A DNA stretch of 48,483 nucleotides from NCBI GenBank assembly GCA_964351815.1, contig CAYGPH010000001.1:30460-78942 (forward strand), read 5' to 3'. Position 1 is the first letter of the stretch. Every line of letters starts with the position of its first letter. The notes beneath the pieces were generated by a model. That model ran no database searches and was not told where the DNA came from. It was given only the letters and a program-made list of their open reading frames with translations. Below are positions 8,887 through 17,740 of this stretch, piece by piece. The translations under genes and the position numbers were made by a program. Source of the DNA: an uncultured Verrucomicrobiales bacterium. Its GTDB lineage: Bacteria; Pseudomonadota; Alphaproteobacteria; Paracaedibacterales; CAITNM01.

Positions 8887-9712
8887 TAGCGCCCATCAAA
8901 TGGTTTTGTGGGCCAAGGTGCGCATATTCATTATCTTTAAAAAAACTTAGTAATGAATTAGTTTTGTTTAGGTGTTTTGCAGGAGATTCAGTAACTTTTC
9001 TGTAGGCATAAATTACGCAAAGCTGTTCAAGTAACTTGGCATCATCACAAGATTTTAGTATTTTTTGAATGTTTTCCTTGCAAGTTGTAAGGTCATTTTT
9101 CAATTCAAACAATTGGTTAATTTGATCAACTAATTTGTAACCTCCATAGGTTTTTAGTTTTTCTACTAAACCAGCGTTTCCATTCGCATAAATAATGAGA
9201 TCGCGATGATCAGGATGTATTTCCAAGATTTCTGCTAAAGGAGCAGGGTAAACTGGAATAACTTTAAGCCTGGATTGAATGGTTGGTAATACGCGATGGC
9301 GTAAGTGGCAGATACATAAGAAAAATGTATTTTCTGGTGGCTCTTCTAAAACTTTTAAAAGCGCATTTCCTGCTGCAGGACTTAGTTTATCAAGGGAATT
9401 AATGATTATAACTCGTCCCCCATGAACGGCATGCTTTTGGATACTGTCTTGCAGTTTTCGAATAGCATCAATAGTAATTATTTGCTCATTGTTATCAATT
9501 AAAAAATAATCCGGATAAACCCCAGAATCCACTTGGGTTTCAAGAATAGATAGCGGAAGACTTTTGTTTTTTTTTGCTAAAAATAAAATTGCAACTTTTT
9601 TTGCAAAATTAAACTTTCCAGTGCCTTCTGATCCAGTGAGCATGAATGCGCCCGAAGTATTTTTTTCTATAAGTTGAAAAAGATTTGCTGCTTGATTTGC
9701 GTTTATTGCCAT
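8864..9712 (-). CDS. holB: DNA polymerase III delta-prime subunit
   Basis: Clamp-loader pattern: GSEGTGKFNFAKK, NALLKVLEEPPENTFF, PTIQSRLKV. It lies directly downstream of rne, and its 3' end overlaps the xseA 3' end by 23 nt. Confidence 0.8.
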   Translation of the reverse strand: MAINANQAANLFQLIEKNTSGAFMLTGSEGTGKFNFAKKVAILFLAKKNKSLPLSILETQVDSGVYPDYFLIDNNEQIITIDAIRKLQDSIQKHAVHGGRVIIINSLDKLSPAAGNALLKVLEEPPENTFFLCICHLRHRVLPTIQSRLKVIPVYPAPLAEILEIHPDHRDLIIYANGNAGLVEKLKTYGGYKLVDQINQLFELKNDLTTCKENIQKILKSCDDAKLLEQLCVIYAYRKVTESPAKHLNKTNSLLSFFKDNEYAHLGPQNHLMGAITAYQQA

Positions 9713-9722
9713 ATTTCAAGCT

Positions 9723-11807
9723 CTAATCAAGCAGACGCCTTAGCCAGCCTTTTTTTTGTTGAGGCTTTTTTTTTTCAGGCTCTACGGTGTTGGCAGGTTT
9801 TTCAACTTTATCTGGTTTTGTATTCACCCTGTGGGGGGTGATTTTTTTTTCACCCGTGTGGTTTTTTTGTGGAATTTTTGCAGCCTGATTTGGCTGTTTG
9901 TTTTCTTGTTCTTTTGCAGGCTTTTCTTGCTGGGTATTATTAGTATCAATACTTGTCACAGCTTGTTTTTCTTGCATTTTCTTAAAGTTATTGCGCCGCC
10001 TATTTCTAGATTTTTTTTGCGGCTGATCTTTAATTTCCGTTGCAGCAGTTACCGTTATGTTGCCCTGGTTTGTTGGCTTTAACTCTGGTGTTTTTTCTAT
10101 TACAGGCGCATTATTGGGTGCAGTGTCTTGATCAGCCGGTGCTTTATTACTTTTAACTTTGCGGCGATTTTTTCTATTGTTTAATGCTTTCGTTTTTTCT
10201 TCTACTTTTTCAAGTTTCTTTTCAAGCCCATGAATCGTAAAAAAAGGATGCTGGGTAATAATTTCAGTGGCAAAATTCAAACGTATTGTATATTTATCTT
10301 CTAATTTTACAATGTCGCGGCGATAGGTGTTTAATAAAACATCACGTGTGCTTGGATTTAGCCCAATGGTTAAATTTTCTTTTTTTAAATCCTTAAGTAC
10401 TATTTCAAGTTCACGGAGCAATTGTCGAGCAATTGAATCATCAGAACGTTGGTTACCAGTGCCATGACAGTGTTCGCATGGTTTACTATGGCTATCAAAA
10501 AAGCTGGGGCGTAAACGTTGGCGTGAGACCTCTAGTAAGCCAAACTGGCTGATATGATTCATTTGTACACGGGCACGATCATCCTTTATGGATTCACGAA
10601 ATTTTTGTTCCACTTTTTGGACATGGCGTCCATCATCCATATCTATAAAATCGATAACAAGCAGGCCCGATAAATCCCGCAGGCGCATTTGCTTTGCTAC
10701 CTCTACGGCAGCTTCTAAGTTGGTCTTTAAAGCTGTATCGTTAATATGGCGTTCGCGCGTGGCCTTACCGGAGTTCACATCAATAGCCACTAATGCTTCC
10801 GTATGATTAATAACTAATGATCCACCTGAGGGTAAGGACACAACTGGTTGCATCATTTCACTAATTTGGTCTTCCACCTTATGGGCAATTAGTATTGGCT
10901 GGCTTTCTTTGTATTGCTTAATACGTTTTGCGTGGCTGGGAACAAGTTTTTTAATAAAATCTTTAGCTTTTTTGTATGCTTCTTCGCCTTCAACAAGCAC
11001 TTCATCTATGTCTGAACGGTAGGTATCACGCAAGGTGCGCTTAATAATATCACCCTCTTCATAAATCATGCATGGTGCTACAGAATCAAGGGTTTTCTTG
11101 CGCAGATCTTCCCATAGGTTTATTAAGTAATCATAGTCCCTTTTTATTTCGGTTTTGTTACGTTCCTGGCCCGCTGTACGTACAATAACTGCCATGTTAT
11201 TTGGTATGTTTAACTCGCTAAGGATGTTTTTTAAGCGCTTACGATCTTTTTCGTTCTGAACTTTACGGGAAATGCCACCACCACTGCGGCCGGCATTAGG
11301 CATCAACACGCAATATCTTCCGGGTAAGGATAAAAAGGTGGTTAGGGCAGCACCTTTTGAGCCACGCTGTTCCTTCACAACTTGAACAAGCAAAATTTGG
11401 CGATTCTGCACAACTTCTTGAATTTTGTAGCGATAGCGCTTTTTGGTTGTATTTGAGGTTTTTGCTTTGTTTTGTTCTTCGTCAAGATCTTTTTCTTCTT
11501 CGGGATCAATATCTTCAATATCTTCGCTGGCTAATTCTGCTTCTAGTTCTTGGCGGTCAGCAATGGGTATACGATAGTAATCGGGATGAATCTCGGTAAA
11601 GGGTAAAAACCCATGACGATCCTCGCCATACTCCACAAATGCTGCTTGCAAAGATGGTTCTATACGTACTATTTTTGCAAGGTAAATGTTACTTTTTATT
11701 AATTTACGGTCGTGGGTTTCGATATCTAGGTGATTCAGTTTGCCATTCTCTATTATGGCAACGCGGGTTTCTTGCGGGTGAACCGCATCGATTATTAGTT
11801 GCTTCAT
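9723..11807 (-). CDS. rne: Ribonuclease E (RNase E/G family with basic C-terminal tail)
   Basis: N-terminal S1-like region (NIYLAKIVRIEPSLQAAFVEYG), catalytic core (GLLVIDFIDM), Zn-link CEHCHGTG, and a K/P/Q-rich low-complexity C-terminus. Confidence 0.92.
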   Translation of the reverse strand: MKQLIIDAVHPQETRVAIIENGKLNHLDIETHDRKLIKSNIYLAKIVRIEPSLQAAFVEYGEDRHGFLPFTEIHPDYYRIPIADRQELEAELASEDIEDIDPEEEKDLDEEQNKAKTSNTTKKRYRYKIQEVVQNRQILLVQVVKEQRGSKGAALTTFLSLPGRYCVLMPNAGRSGGGISRKVQNEKDRKRLKNILSELNIPNNMAVIVRTAGQERNKTEIKRDYDYLINLWEDLRKKTLDSVAPCMIYEEGDIIKRTLRDTYRSDIDEVLVEGEEAYKKAKDFIKKLVPSHAKRIKQYKESQPILIAHKVEDQISEMMQPVVSLPSGGSLVINHTEALVAIDVNSGKATRERHINDTALKTNLEAAVEVAKQMRLRDLSGLLVIDFIDMDDGRHVQKVEQKFRESIKDDRARVQMNHISQFGLLEVSRQRLRPSFFDSHSKPCEHCHGTGNQRSDDSIARQLLRELEIVLKDLKKENLTIGLNPSTRDVLLNTYRRDIVKLEDKYTIRLNFATEIITQHPFFTIHGLEKKLEKVEEKTKALNNRKNRRKVKSNKAPADQDTAPNNAPVIEKTPELKPTNQGNITVTAATEIKDQPQKKSRNRRRNNFKKMQEKQAVTSIDTNNTQQEKPAKEQENKQPNQAAKIPQKNHTGEKKITPHRVNTKPDKVEKPANTVEPEKKKPQQKKGWLRRLLD

Positions 11808-11960
11808 TGCTTAAACTCCAAAAAAATACAGGGTAAAGTGCCATAGCACCTTCATTTTGTTCATTCACTGTGATTATTTAATCACAGTTAGCCATGGAAA
11901 AGCAAGGGGATTTAGAAAAATTTACGTAATATTTGAACAAATTTAAACGACAACTAACAT

Positions 11961-11992
11961 AAAAAAAACAAGTACAAAGACCTGGTTTTTTT
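11961..11992 (-). terminator. Weak intrinsic terminator downstream of the 12027-12554 paralog
   Basis: The minus-strand RNA forms caggu/acuug (with one G-U pair) followed by a U-run (plus-strand A-run 11961-11968). It is part of the duplicated 3' flank. Confidence 0.4.
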
Positions 11993-12026
11993 AAATCTTA
12001 TATCTTATAAATAAATTGAAGATAGT

Positions 12027-12554
12027 CTAACTTTTTATGCCTGCAGCCTTTTTAAACTTTGCAATGAACTTAGCAATTTGGTCTTGGAAATCATTGCCAA
12101 AATTACCATTTGTGTCTGTAAATTTTAGGGCAAGAACAGGGGCACCTTTTCTATATGAAACATCACCGTCGGCTTCTAAAGCAACTTCTTTATTATTATA
12201 AGTAAAGCTTGCATAAGCTTTTGCTACTGATCCCCCCTTAACATTGGAACCTACGATCTTACCATTTTTATCCATCTTTAAAGTTCCATTTGAAGTAAAT
12301 TTAGCATCGGCTAAATTAATAATTTCTTTATTTGCAATTATGAAATTTCGCATGGTGCTTATAAATAAAGGTGCAGTTTTATGAGCTATATCCATAAAGG
12401 TTAGCATTTCTTCAATCCTAGCTTCATCCGCAACAGGTGGAAGTGTAAAGGTTAGAGTATTTGTTTCTTCATCATAACTAACATAAACGTTGCTATTTGC
12501 ATGGATTTGGTTCGCTGCGAGTATGAAACAGCAAATTGTAAGAAGTTTTTTCAT
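12027..12554 (-). CDS. Hypothetical small secreted protein, paralog 1
   Basis: Start placed at MKKLLTICCFILAANQIHA (ATG at 12554) by analogy with paralog 2. Shared blocks with 12739-13281 include FTSNG/FTSSS, GGS.AKA.ASFTYN, GDVSYRKGA and KFKKAAGI.S. Confidence 0.7.
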   Translation of the reverse strand: MKKLLTICCFILAANQIHANSNVYVSYDEETNTLTFTLPPVADEARIEEMLTFMDIAHKTAPLFISTMRNFIIANKEIINLADAKFTSNGTLKMDKNGKIVGSNVKGGSVAKAYASFTYNNKEVALEADGDVSYRKGAPVLALKFTDTNGNFGNDFQDQIAKFIAKFKKAAGIKS

Positions 12555-12672
12555 AGGATATCCATATTTATAAAAATTCATTAAACTACTATATAAGTTT
12601 AGATATAACAAGTATTGTTTGTCTACTTAAATAAAAAATTAACTTTAAAACAACTTTTGCTTCAACTAACAT

Positions 12673-12704
12673 AAAAAAACCAAGTGCAAAGACCTGGTTT
12701 TTTT
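12673..12704 (-). terminator. Intrinsic terminator downstream of the 12739-13281 paralog
   Basis: The minus-strand RNA forms ccaggu-cuuugc-acuugg followed by U7 (plus-strand stems at 12680-12685 and 12692-12697, A-run at 12673-12679). Confidence 0.5.
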
Positions 12705-12738
12705 AAATCTTAAATCTTATAAATAAATTGAAGCTAGT

Positions 12739-13281
12739 CTAACTTGTTATGCCTGCAGCTTTTTTAAAATCTTTAACGAATGCAGAAATTTGGCTTTGTA
12801 GTTCTTCGCTAAAAGTACTTTTTTTGTCTTTAAATTTTAGGGTAAGAATAAGGGCACCTTTTCTATATGAAACATCACCGTGTGCTATTAAATCAACCCC
12901 CTTTTGATTATAAGTAAAGCTTGCATTAGCTTTTGCATGTGATCCACCCTTACCTGTTGCTTTAATTTTTCCTTTATCATCCGTGATTAACTCTGAACTT
13001 GAAGTAAATTTTGCATTGGCAAAATCAATCTCATTATCTTTACTTTTGGTAATTATGAAAGTTTTCATGGTAGTTATAAATAGGGGCGTAGCTTTAGAAG
13101 CTAAATCCATAAAACTAAGCACTTCAGTAAGTGTTGATTCTTGAGCAGCAGGTGTTAATGTGAGTGTTACGGTGTTATTATTTTGAGCAATTGTAACTTG
13201 AGATGCTGGATCAACTGTGTTGCTAGGATGGATTTGGTTTACTGCGAGTATAAAACAGCAAATTGTTAAAATTTTTTTCAT
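12739..13281 (-). CDS. Hypothetical small secreted protein, paralog 2
   Basis: Signal peptide MKKILTICCFILAVNQIHP. It is collinear with paralog 1, with roughly half of residues identical by eye. Confidence 0.7.
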   Translation of the reverse strand: MKKILTICCFILAVNQIHPSNTVDPASQVTIAQNNNTVTLTLTPAAQESTLTEVLSFMDLASKATPLFITTMKTFIITKSKDNEIDFANAKFTSSSELITDDKGKIKATGKGGSHAKANASFTYNQKGVDLIAHGDVSYRKGALILTLKFKDKKSTFSEELQSQISAFVKDFKKAAGITS

Positions 13282-13346
13282 TGTGCATTCCTTTTTTGTA
13301 AAAATTAATTAAATTACAATATAATTGTAAGTATAATAAATTTACC

Positions 13347-14660
13347 GTGTCTATAAAAAAAATCATGTTGTGTAAAACTTTTTATTTTTTCTGTTTGCTG
13401 GTTGTTACTAATTCGGTTTGTGCCCAGCAACATGCGTCTGAATCAGTAGCATACGACAGCATTTTGTTGTCAAAAAAAGTTATTCCTAGTGTGGTTAAAG
13501 TATATGCTTACCGTAATCAGCATGAATTACTTGTGCCCTTTGATGATGACTTTTTAGAAAAATTTTTTTTTGGTAAATCTTCTCAAGTAGTGCCACCGGA
13601 ACAACAATCAAGCGGTACAGGTTTTATTATTGAAAGCAACGCAGACGACAGTATCATTGTGACTTGCAACCATGTGGTCCATGGCAGCAATAAAATAGAG
13701 GTTGGTTTAAATAATAATCAAGTGCTAGAAGCAGAACTTTTATACGCTGATAGCAATGATGATATTGCTTTTTTAAAAATTAAAAAACATGACCTTCCCG
13801 CTTTGGAAGCAGAAAATAGGCCCTTAAACTTAGGTTCACCAATATTAATTGCTGGTAATATTTTTGGCCATAATCATATCAGTGTTTTTCCAGGATTTGT
13901 TTCGAATTTACAAAAATCCTTAGGAGACAAAATTGTTATTGAAACTGACACAAGTATAGGTCCTGGGGCATCTGGAGGGCCATTGGTGAATGCTTTTGGT
14001 AACGTTGCTGGTATGGCCTTTGCCGTGTTATCTAAGGTTGGTGTGGTAAGTTATTCTGTGCCCATAAGCTTAATAGACTATCATTACCGTACGGGTGTTT
14101 TAGGACAAGAAAAAGCTTGGTGGGGTATTGAAGTTCAGCAGCTTACTCCTGATATTGCAGAGGCTAAGGGATTAAAAGGCTTTAATGGTGTAATTGTAAC
14201 AGCTGTGGATAAAAAATCACCCTTATCCAACATGCTGAAAGTCGGAGACGTTATTACAGCGGTTGATGGTAAACCTATTTCTTCACCTGTAGAATTCTAT
14301 TTTTATGAAAAAATTTCGCTTATAACGCAGGATGTTAACTTAAATATACTTAAGGGTGATCATAAAAAAGAAATTATTTTTAAGCCCATTAAAGCCTTAA
14401 AACAAAAAAATACTGTTCTTGCTGGAAAAAACAATATTGCAAAGGGTGCTGTTTTTGAAGAAAGTAAGCATGGTGTTGTTGTGGAAAAAAGCTCGGAAAG
14501 TGGGGTTTTTCAAAAGGGAGACTTGGTTCTTAGCGTAAATGGCGTGAAAATTCTAAAACCACAAGATATAGAATTAGCATTCAACAGTAATACCCATGGG
14601 TATAGCGTAACTTTAAACCGTGGTGGTGGCATAATTACCCAACAGGTTATGGGGTATTAA
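13347..14660 (+). CDS. HtrA/DegP-family (S1C) serine protease with PDZ domain
   Basis: Signal peptide present. Catalytic triad contexts are TCNHVVHG (His), DDIAFLKIK (Asp) and TDTSIGPGASGGPLVN (Ser). A PDZ-like C-terminal half follows (GVIVTAVDKKSPLSNMLKVGDVITAVDGKPI). Confidence 0.88.
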   Translation: MSIKKIMLCKTFYFFCLLVVTNSVCAQQHASESVAYDSILLSKKVIPSVVKVYAYRNQHELLVPFDDDFLEKFFFGKSSQVVPPEQQSSGTGFIIESNADDSIIVTCNHVVHGSNKIEVGLNNNQVLEAELLYADSNDDIAFLKIKKHDLPALEAENRPLNLGSPILIAGNIFGHNHISVFPGFVSNLQKSLGDKIVIETDTSIGPGASGGPLVNAFGNVAGMAFAVLSKVGVVSYSVPISLIDYHYRTGVLGQEKAWWGIEVQQLTPDIAEAKGLKGFNGVIVTAVDKKSPLSNMLKVGDVITAVDGKPISSPVEFYFYEKISLITQDVNLNILKGDHKKEIIFKPIKALKQKNTVLAGKNNIAKGAVFEESKHGVVVEKSSESGVFQKGDLVLSVNGVKILKPQDIELAFNSNTHGYSVTLNRGGGIITQQVMGY

Positions 14661-14668
14661 AAAGTATT

Positions 14669-15556
14669 TTAAGCTTTTTCAAAAATACTACTTACTATTT
14701 TTAAAACGTTGTTAAAGGTAAGTTCACCTATATCCTTATGGGGATTAAATTCAACAAGTTCAAAGGCAATACATTTTCGATCATAATAGATACTTTTAAT
14801 AGATTCACTGGAATCATTAAAATCTAAACCGTTTTCAACCGGAGTTCCCGTACCAGGCATGTGTTTGGGGTCTAAACCATCAATATCAAAACTAATGCCA
14901 TATTGTGCATGGGCTTTGCGAAATTCTTTTAGTTTTTCCGATAGCTTAAAAATATTATTTTTTTTACAAAAATTTACGTTGACCTGTAAGCGTTTTAAAA
15001 GTTCTGCCTCACCAATTTCATAATCACGAATCCCATATTGATGAAACTGCTTATGCGAATATGCAGGGGGATTATTACTTAGGTTTATATAGGCCTTGTC
15101 ACCATAGCCCATGAGCGCTGCCACAGGCATTCCATGGGGGTTGTTTGAAGGCGATGTTTCGTATGTGTGTGCATCCATATGGGCATCAATCCAGGCAATA
15201 TGAACATTTTCTTTGCCTGCATTTCGAACACCATTCCATGTACCCATTGCCTGAGCATGATCACCACCAAAAATGATAGGAAAACGGTTTTTTCTTATGG
15301 CATTTTCAACGGTATACGATAGCCATCGGCAATTGTCCAGGCAACCTTGGTAGCGTATTTTTGGATCCAATGTTTGGCTATCTTCCACAGGCGTTTCATG
15401 GTGCCAGTAACTATAAAAGACTTCTACGTTAGTTTGTATGGGGCTGATAACATTATTAATAAGGTTACGGCTTAATAAGTAGCCTGGGCCATCTGCCGTG
15501 CGCATGTCGCCTGCGCCCCAACCTGAGCCGTTGAAAATAACCGTTATTGGCCGCAT
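14669..15556 (-). CDS. Arginase-family ureohydrolase (arginase/agmatinase/formiminoglutamase)
   Basis: Metal-site motifs: FGGDHAQAMG (GGDH), IAWIDAHMDAHT (DAHxD), NPHGMPVA, SFDIDGLDP, GTGTPVENGL. The start overlaps the gltX stop by 13 nt. Confidence 0.82.
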   Translation of the reverse strand: MRPITVIFNGSGWGAGDMRTADGPGYLLSRNLINNVISPIQTNVEVFYSYWHHETPVEDSQTLDPKIRYQGCLDNCRWLSYTVENAIRKNRFPIIFGGDHAQAMGTWNGVRNAGKENVHIAWIDAHMDAHTYETSPSNNPHGMPVAALMGYGDKAYINLSNNPPAYSHKQFHQYGIRDYEIGEAELLKRLQVNVNFCKKNNIFKLSEKLKEFRKAHAQYGISFDIDGLDPKHMPGTGTPVENGLDFNDSSESIKSIYYDRKCIAFELVEFNPHKDIGELTFNNVLKIVSSIFEKA

Positions 15557-16884
15557 CTAGCTTGTATTACATTGTAGTGGATTAATGGTAGCAAGTTTGG
15601 CATTTCAGGTCCACGATCTTTGCCAGTTAAAAGTTGTCTTAGGGGTTGAAACAAGTTCTTACCCTTTAATCCTGTTGATTCTTTTATGGCGTTTGTCCAT
15701 GTTTGCCAACTTTCAAGGGTTAAAGGGGCGGATGGCAAATGTTTAGATGCTGCATTTTTATAATTTAAATCACCATTTTTTCCTGGGCAATAGGAAGAAT
15801 CAAAAAATATTTTTTCCCATTCAACAACATCATCTAAAGTTTCAATATTCTCTTTAATTAAATCCCACTGTGCTTGTGATATTTCGCTGCATCCAATATT
15901 TGTTAAACGGTTTTTGACTTCGCTAAACGGCATACTTAAATACAATTTATGGTTAAGCTGTGAAAGATCTTTAATTGAAAATTTTGGAGGCGTTCGACTA
16001 AAATGAGCCAGATCAAAACCTGTTACTAAATCTTGAATGTTTAACAAAGGTTCTACCGGCATGCTTGTGCCTAAACGGGCTAATAAACTATTTATCGCCA
16101 TCGGCTCTATCCCTTTTGCTTTCATATCATTAAGGCTTAAGCTGCCTATACGTTTTGATAGGGGCCTGCCATCTTCATCCATTAATAAACTTGTGTGCGC
16201 GAATTCAAGGGGGTAGGGTGCGCCGTGGACTGCTTCAAAAAGTTGTATTTGTGTAGCTGTATTCGTAACATGATCTTCACCACGAACAATGTGCGTGATA
16301 TTAAAATCAATATCATCAACAACCGAACACAAACTATATAAAAATTGCCCATCGGCGCGTATCAGTACCGGGTCACTAATTTGGGCAGCATCAAAGCTTA
16401 CGTCTCCACGAATAAGATCATGCCATTTAATAGTTTCGTGTTTTAATTTAAAACGCCAATGGGGTTTGCGACCTTCTTTTTCGTAAGTTCGAACTTGTTC
16501 TGTTGTTAATTCTAGGCTAGCCCTATCGTATACTGGTGGTAGTTTTTTCGTAAGCAAGCGTTTACGTTTAAATTCTAGTTCTTCAGTTGTTTCGTAGCAG
16601 GGGTAAAGCCAGTTTTTTTCAATAAGCTTATCCCTAACTTCTATGTATTTATCAAAGCGTTCAGATTGACGAAACGTTTCATGGTATTCAATACCAAGCC
16701 ATTCTAAATCTTTGAAAATTGCATCTTCATACCTTTTTTTCGACCGTTCATTATCGGTATCATCGATACGTAAAATAAATTTTCCATTATTTTTTTTGCT
16801 AAACAGGTAATTAATAATTGCTGCTCGGGCGTTTCCAATATGTAAATATCCCGTGGGTGAGGGTGCAAAACGTAAACAAACCAT
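15544..16884 (-). CDS. gltX: Glutamate--tRNA ligase
   Basis: RFAPSPTGYLHIGNARAAI (HIGH motif), a KMSKS-like PLSKRIGS, and a C-terminal anticodon-binding region. Confidence 0.93.
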   Translation of the reverse strand: MVCLRFAPSPTGYLHIGNARAAIINYLFSKKNNGKFILRIDDTDNERSKKRYEDAIFKDLEWLGIEYHETFRQSERFDKYIEVRDKLIEKNWLYPCYETTEELEFKRKRLLTKKLPPVYDRASLELTTEQVRTYEKEGRKPHWRFKLKHETIKWHDLIRGDVSFDAAQISDPVLIRADGQFLYSLCSVVDDIDFNITHIVRGEDHVTNTATQIQLFEAVHGAPYPLEFAHTSLLMDEDGRPLSKRIGSLSLNDMKAKGIEPMAINSLLARLGTSMPVEPLLNIQDLVTGFDLAHFSRTPPKFSIKDLSQLNHKLYLSMPFSEVKNRLTNIGCSEISQAQWDLIKENIETLDDVVEWEKIFFDSSYCPGKNGDLNYKNAASKHLPSAPLTLESWQTWTNAIKESTGLKGKNLFQPLRQLLTGKDRGPEMPNLLPLIHYNVIQARCGQ

Positions 16885-16953
16885 AGTTTAATATTTATAA
16901 CTTATACAGATTTAAGATTTTAGTATAATCTATCACGCTTTACTTGACTACGT

Positions 16954-17547
16954 TTAGCCACCAAAGTCTTGATGATTTATTTTTTCTTGTATACTGGGTG
17001 ATGGGCGGAATTTTTTTTGTTTGATATGAATTGGTGTGTAAACGTTAAAGTTTTTTGGTAATTCATCGGCTATGGGTTTATTGACTGGCGTACCATTAAC
17101 GACAGCCATCTGACTAGGTTGAAATTGAAACTCTTCTGGGCTTTGGTCTTGTGATGTGGGCTTATTTAAACTGGCACCAACAAAAAATCCCCCCAGAAAA
17201 AATACACAGCCTAAGAACATAAAAGATGCGATTAAGCTAAAAATAATTGTTTTATTCATAGTAAATGTAAATTGCTCCGTAATATATTCATTATAAAGTT
17301 GTTGCCATAAACTGCTAGATTCTATTTTTCTATGTACTTGGTTGCCTTGGTGCAGTGGTATGGCCATAGGCCCGTGGTAAAACCTTGCAACATTTTGCCT
17401 TACGGGTATGCGTTGCTTATGAACGCTATGATTGTCATTAAATGCTGTTGGTAGGTTGTGGTTCGGTGGTGTGTAAGGCAGGTGTGCGTATGTGTGCCGC
17501 TGTTGGTCGGTATTGTATTGTTGACTGGTAAATCTGGCGGCGTACAT
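16954..17547 (-). CDS. Hypothetical single-pass membrane protein
   Basis: H/Q/N/P-rich N-terminal 95 aa, then one TM helix (IIFSLIASFMFLGCVFFLGGFFVGA). An internal start at MNKTII is possible. No family recognised. Confidence 0.45.
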   Translation of the reverse strand: MYAARFTSQQYNTDQQRHTYAHLPYTPPNHNLPTAFNDNHSVHKQRIPVRQNVARFYHGPMAIPLHQGNQVHRKIESSSLWQQLYNEYITEQFTFTMNKTIIFSLIASFMFLGCVFFLGGFFVGASLNKPTSQDQSPEEFQFQPSQMAVVNGTPVNKPIADELPKNFNVYTPIHIKQKKFRPSPSIQEKINHQDFGG

Positions 17548-17693
17548 AGGGAAAAATAAATAATTAATTTTTAATTAAAATTTTATCTTAAAAAAGGCAA
17601 AAAAGCGATATGATTTTTTTGAAAGCTGTTCCTAAAGAAGAATTTACCTACTTTCATAAAAGGATAGCAAAATTTAAAGTATTTTAAATGTAT

Positions 17694-17718
17694 GTAATTT
17701 AAATTATATTTAAATTAC
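17694..17718. promoter_or_regulatory. Perfect 11-bp inverted repeat with 3-bp spacer (candidate operator)
   Basis: gtaatttaaat (17694-17704), spacer tat, atttaaattac (17708-17718). It ends 22 nt before the ATG at 17741. A further ATTTAAA/TTTAAAT half-site pair lies at about 17672-17689. Confidence 0.4.
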
Positions 17719-17740
17719 TTTTAAAATTGGTGAGCTTCGA

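Larger units (their letters stand above)
11951..13330 (-). repeat. Tandem duplication (about 712-bp period) of a secreted-protein gene plus its 3' flank
   Basis: The 3' flanks starting at 11951 and at 12663 align with about 5 mismatches in about 97 nt by hand. The signal-peptide codons are also very similar, while the mature-protein codons are much more diverged. Confidence 0.85.

Noticed and set aside
9765-9860. Long homopolymer T/A tracts as phase-variation switches (for example T10 at about 9770, T10 at about 19136, T9/T8/A10 at 37625-37655, A9 at about 39832)
   Set aside because: They are expected in such AT-rich DNA. Those in coding regions encode Lys/Phe runs in low-complexity or TM segments and the frames are intact. 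There is no evidence of on/off frames.
12555-12611. N-terminal extensions in the ORF track: 12027-12611 (19 extra aa), 41557-42429 (20 extra aa), 31558-31899 (16 extra aa) and 22370-22603 (17 extra aa)
   Set aside because: Internal ATGs give canonical signal peptides or family-typical N-termini, and for 22421 a GAGG RBS. The extensions have no support.
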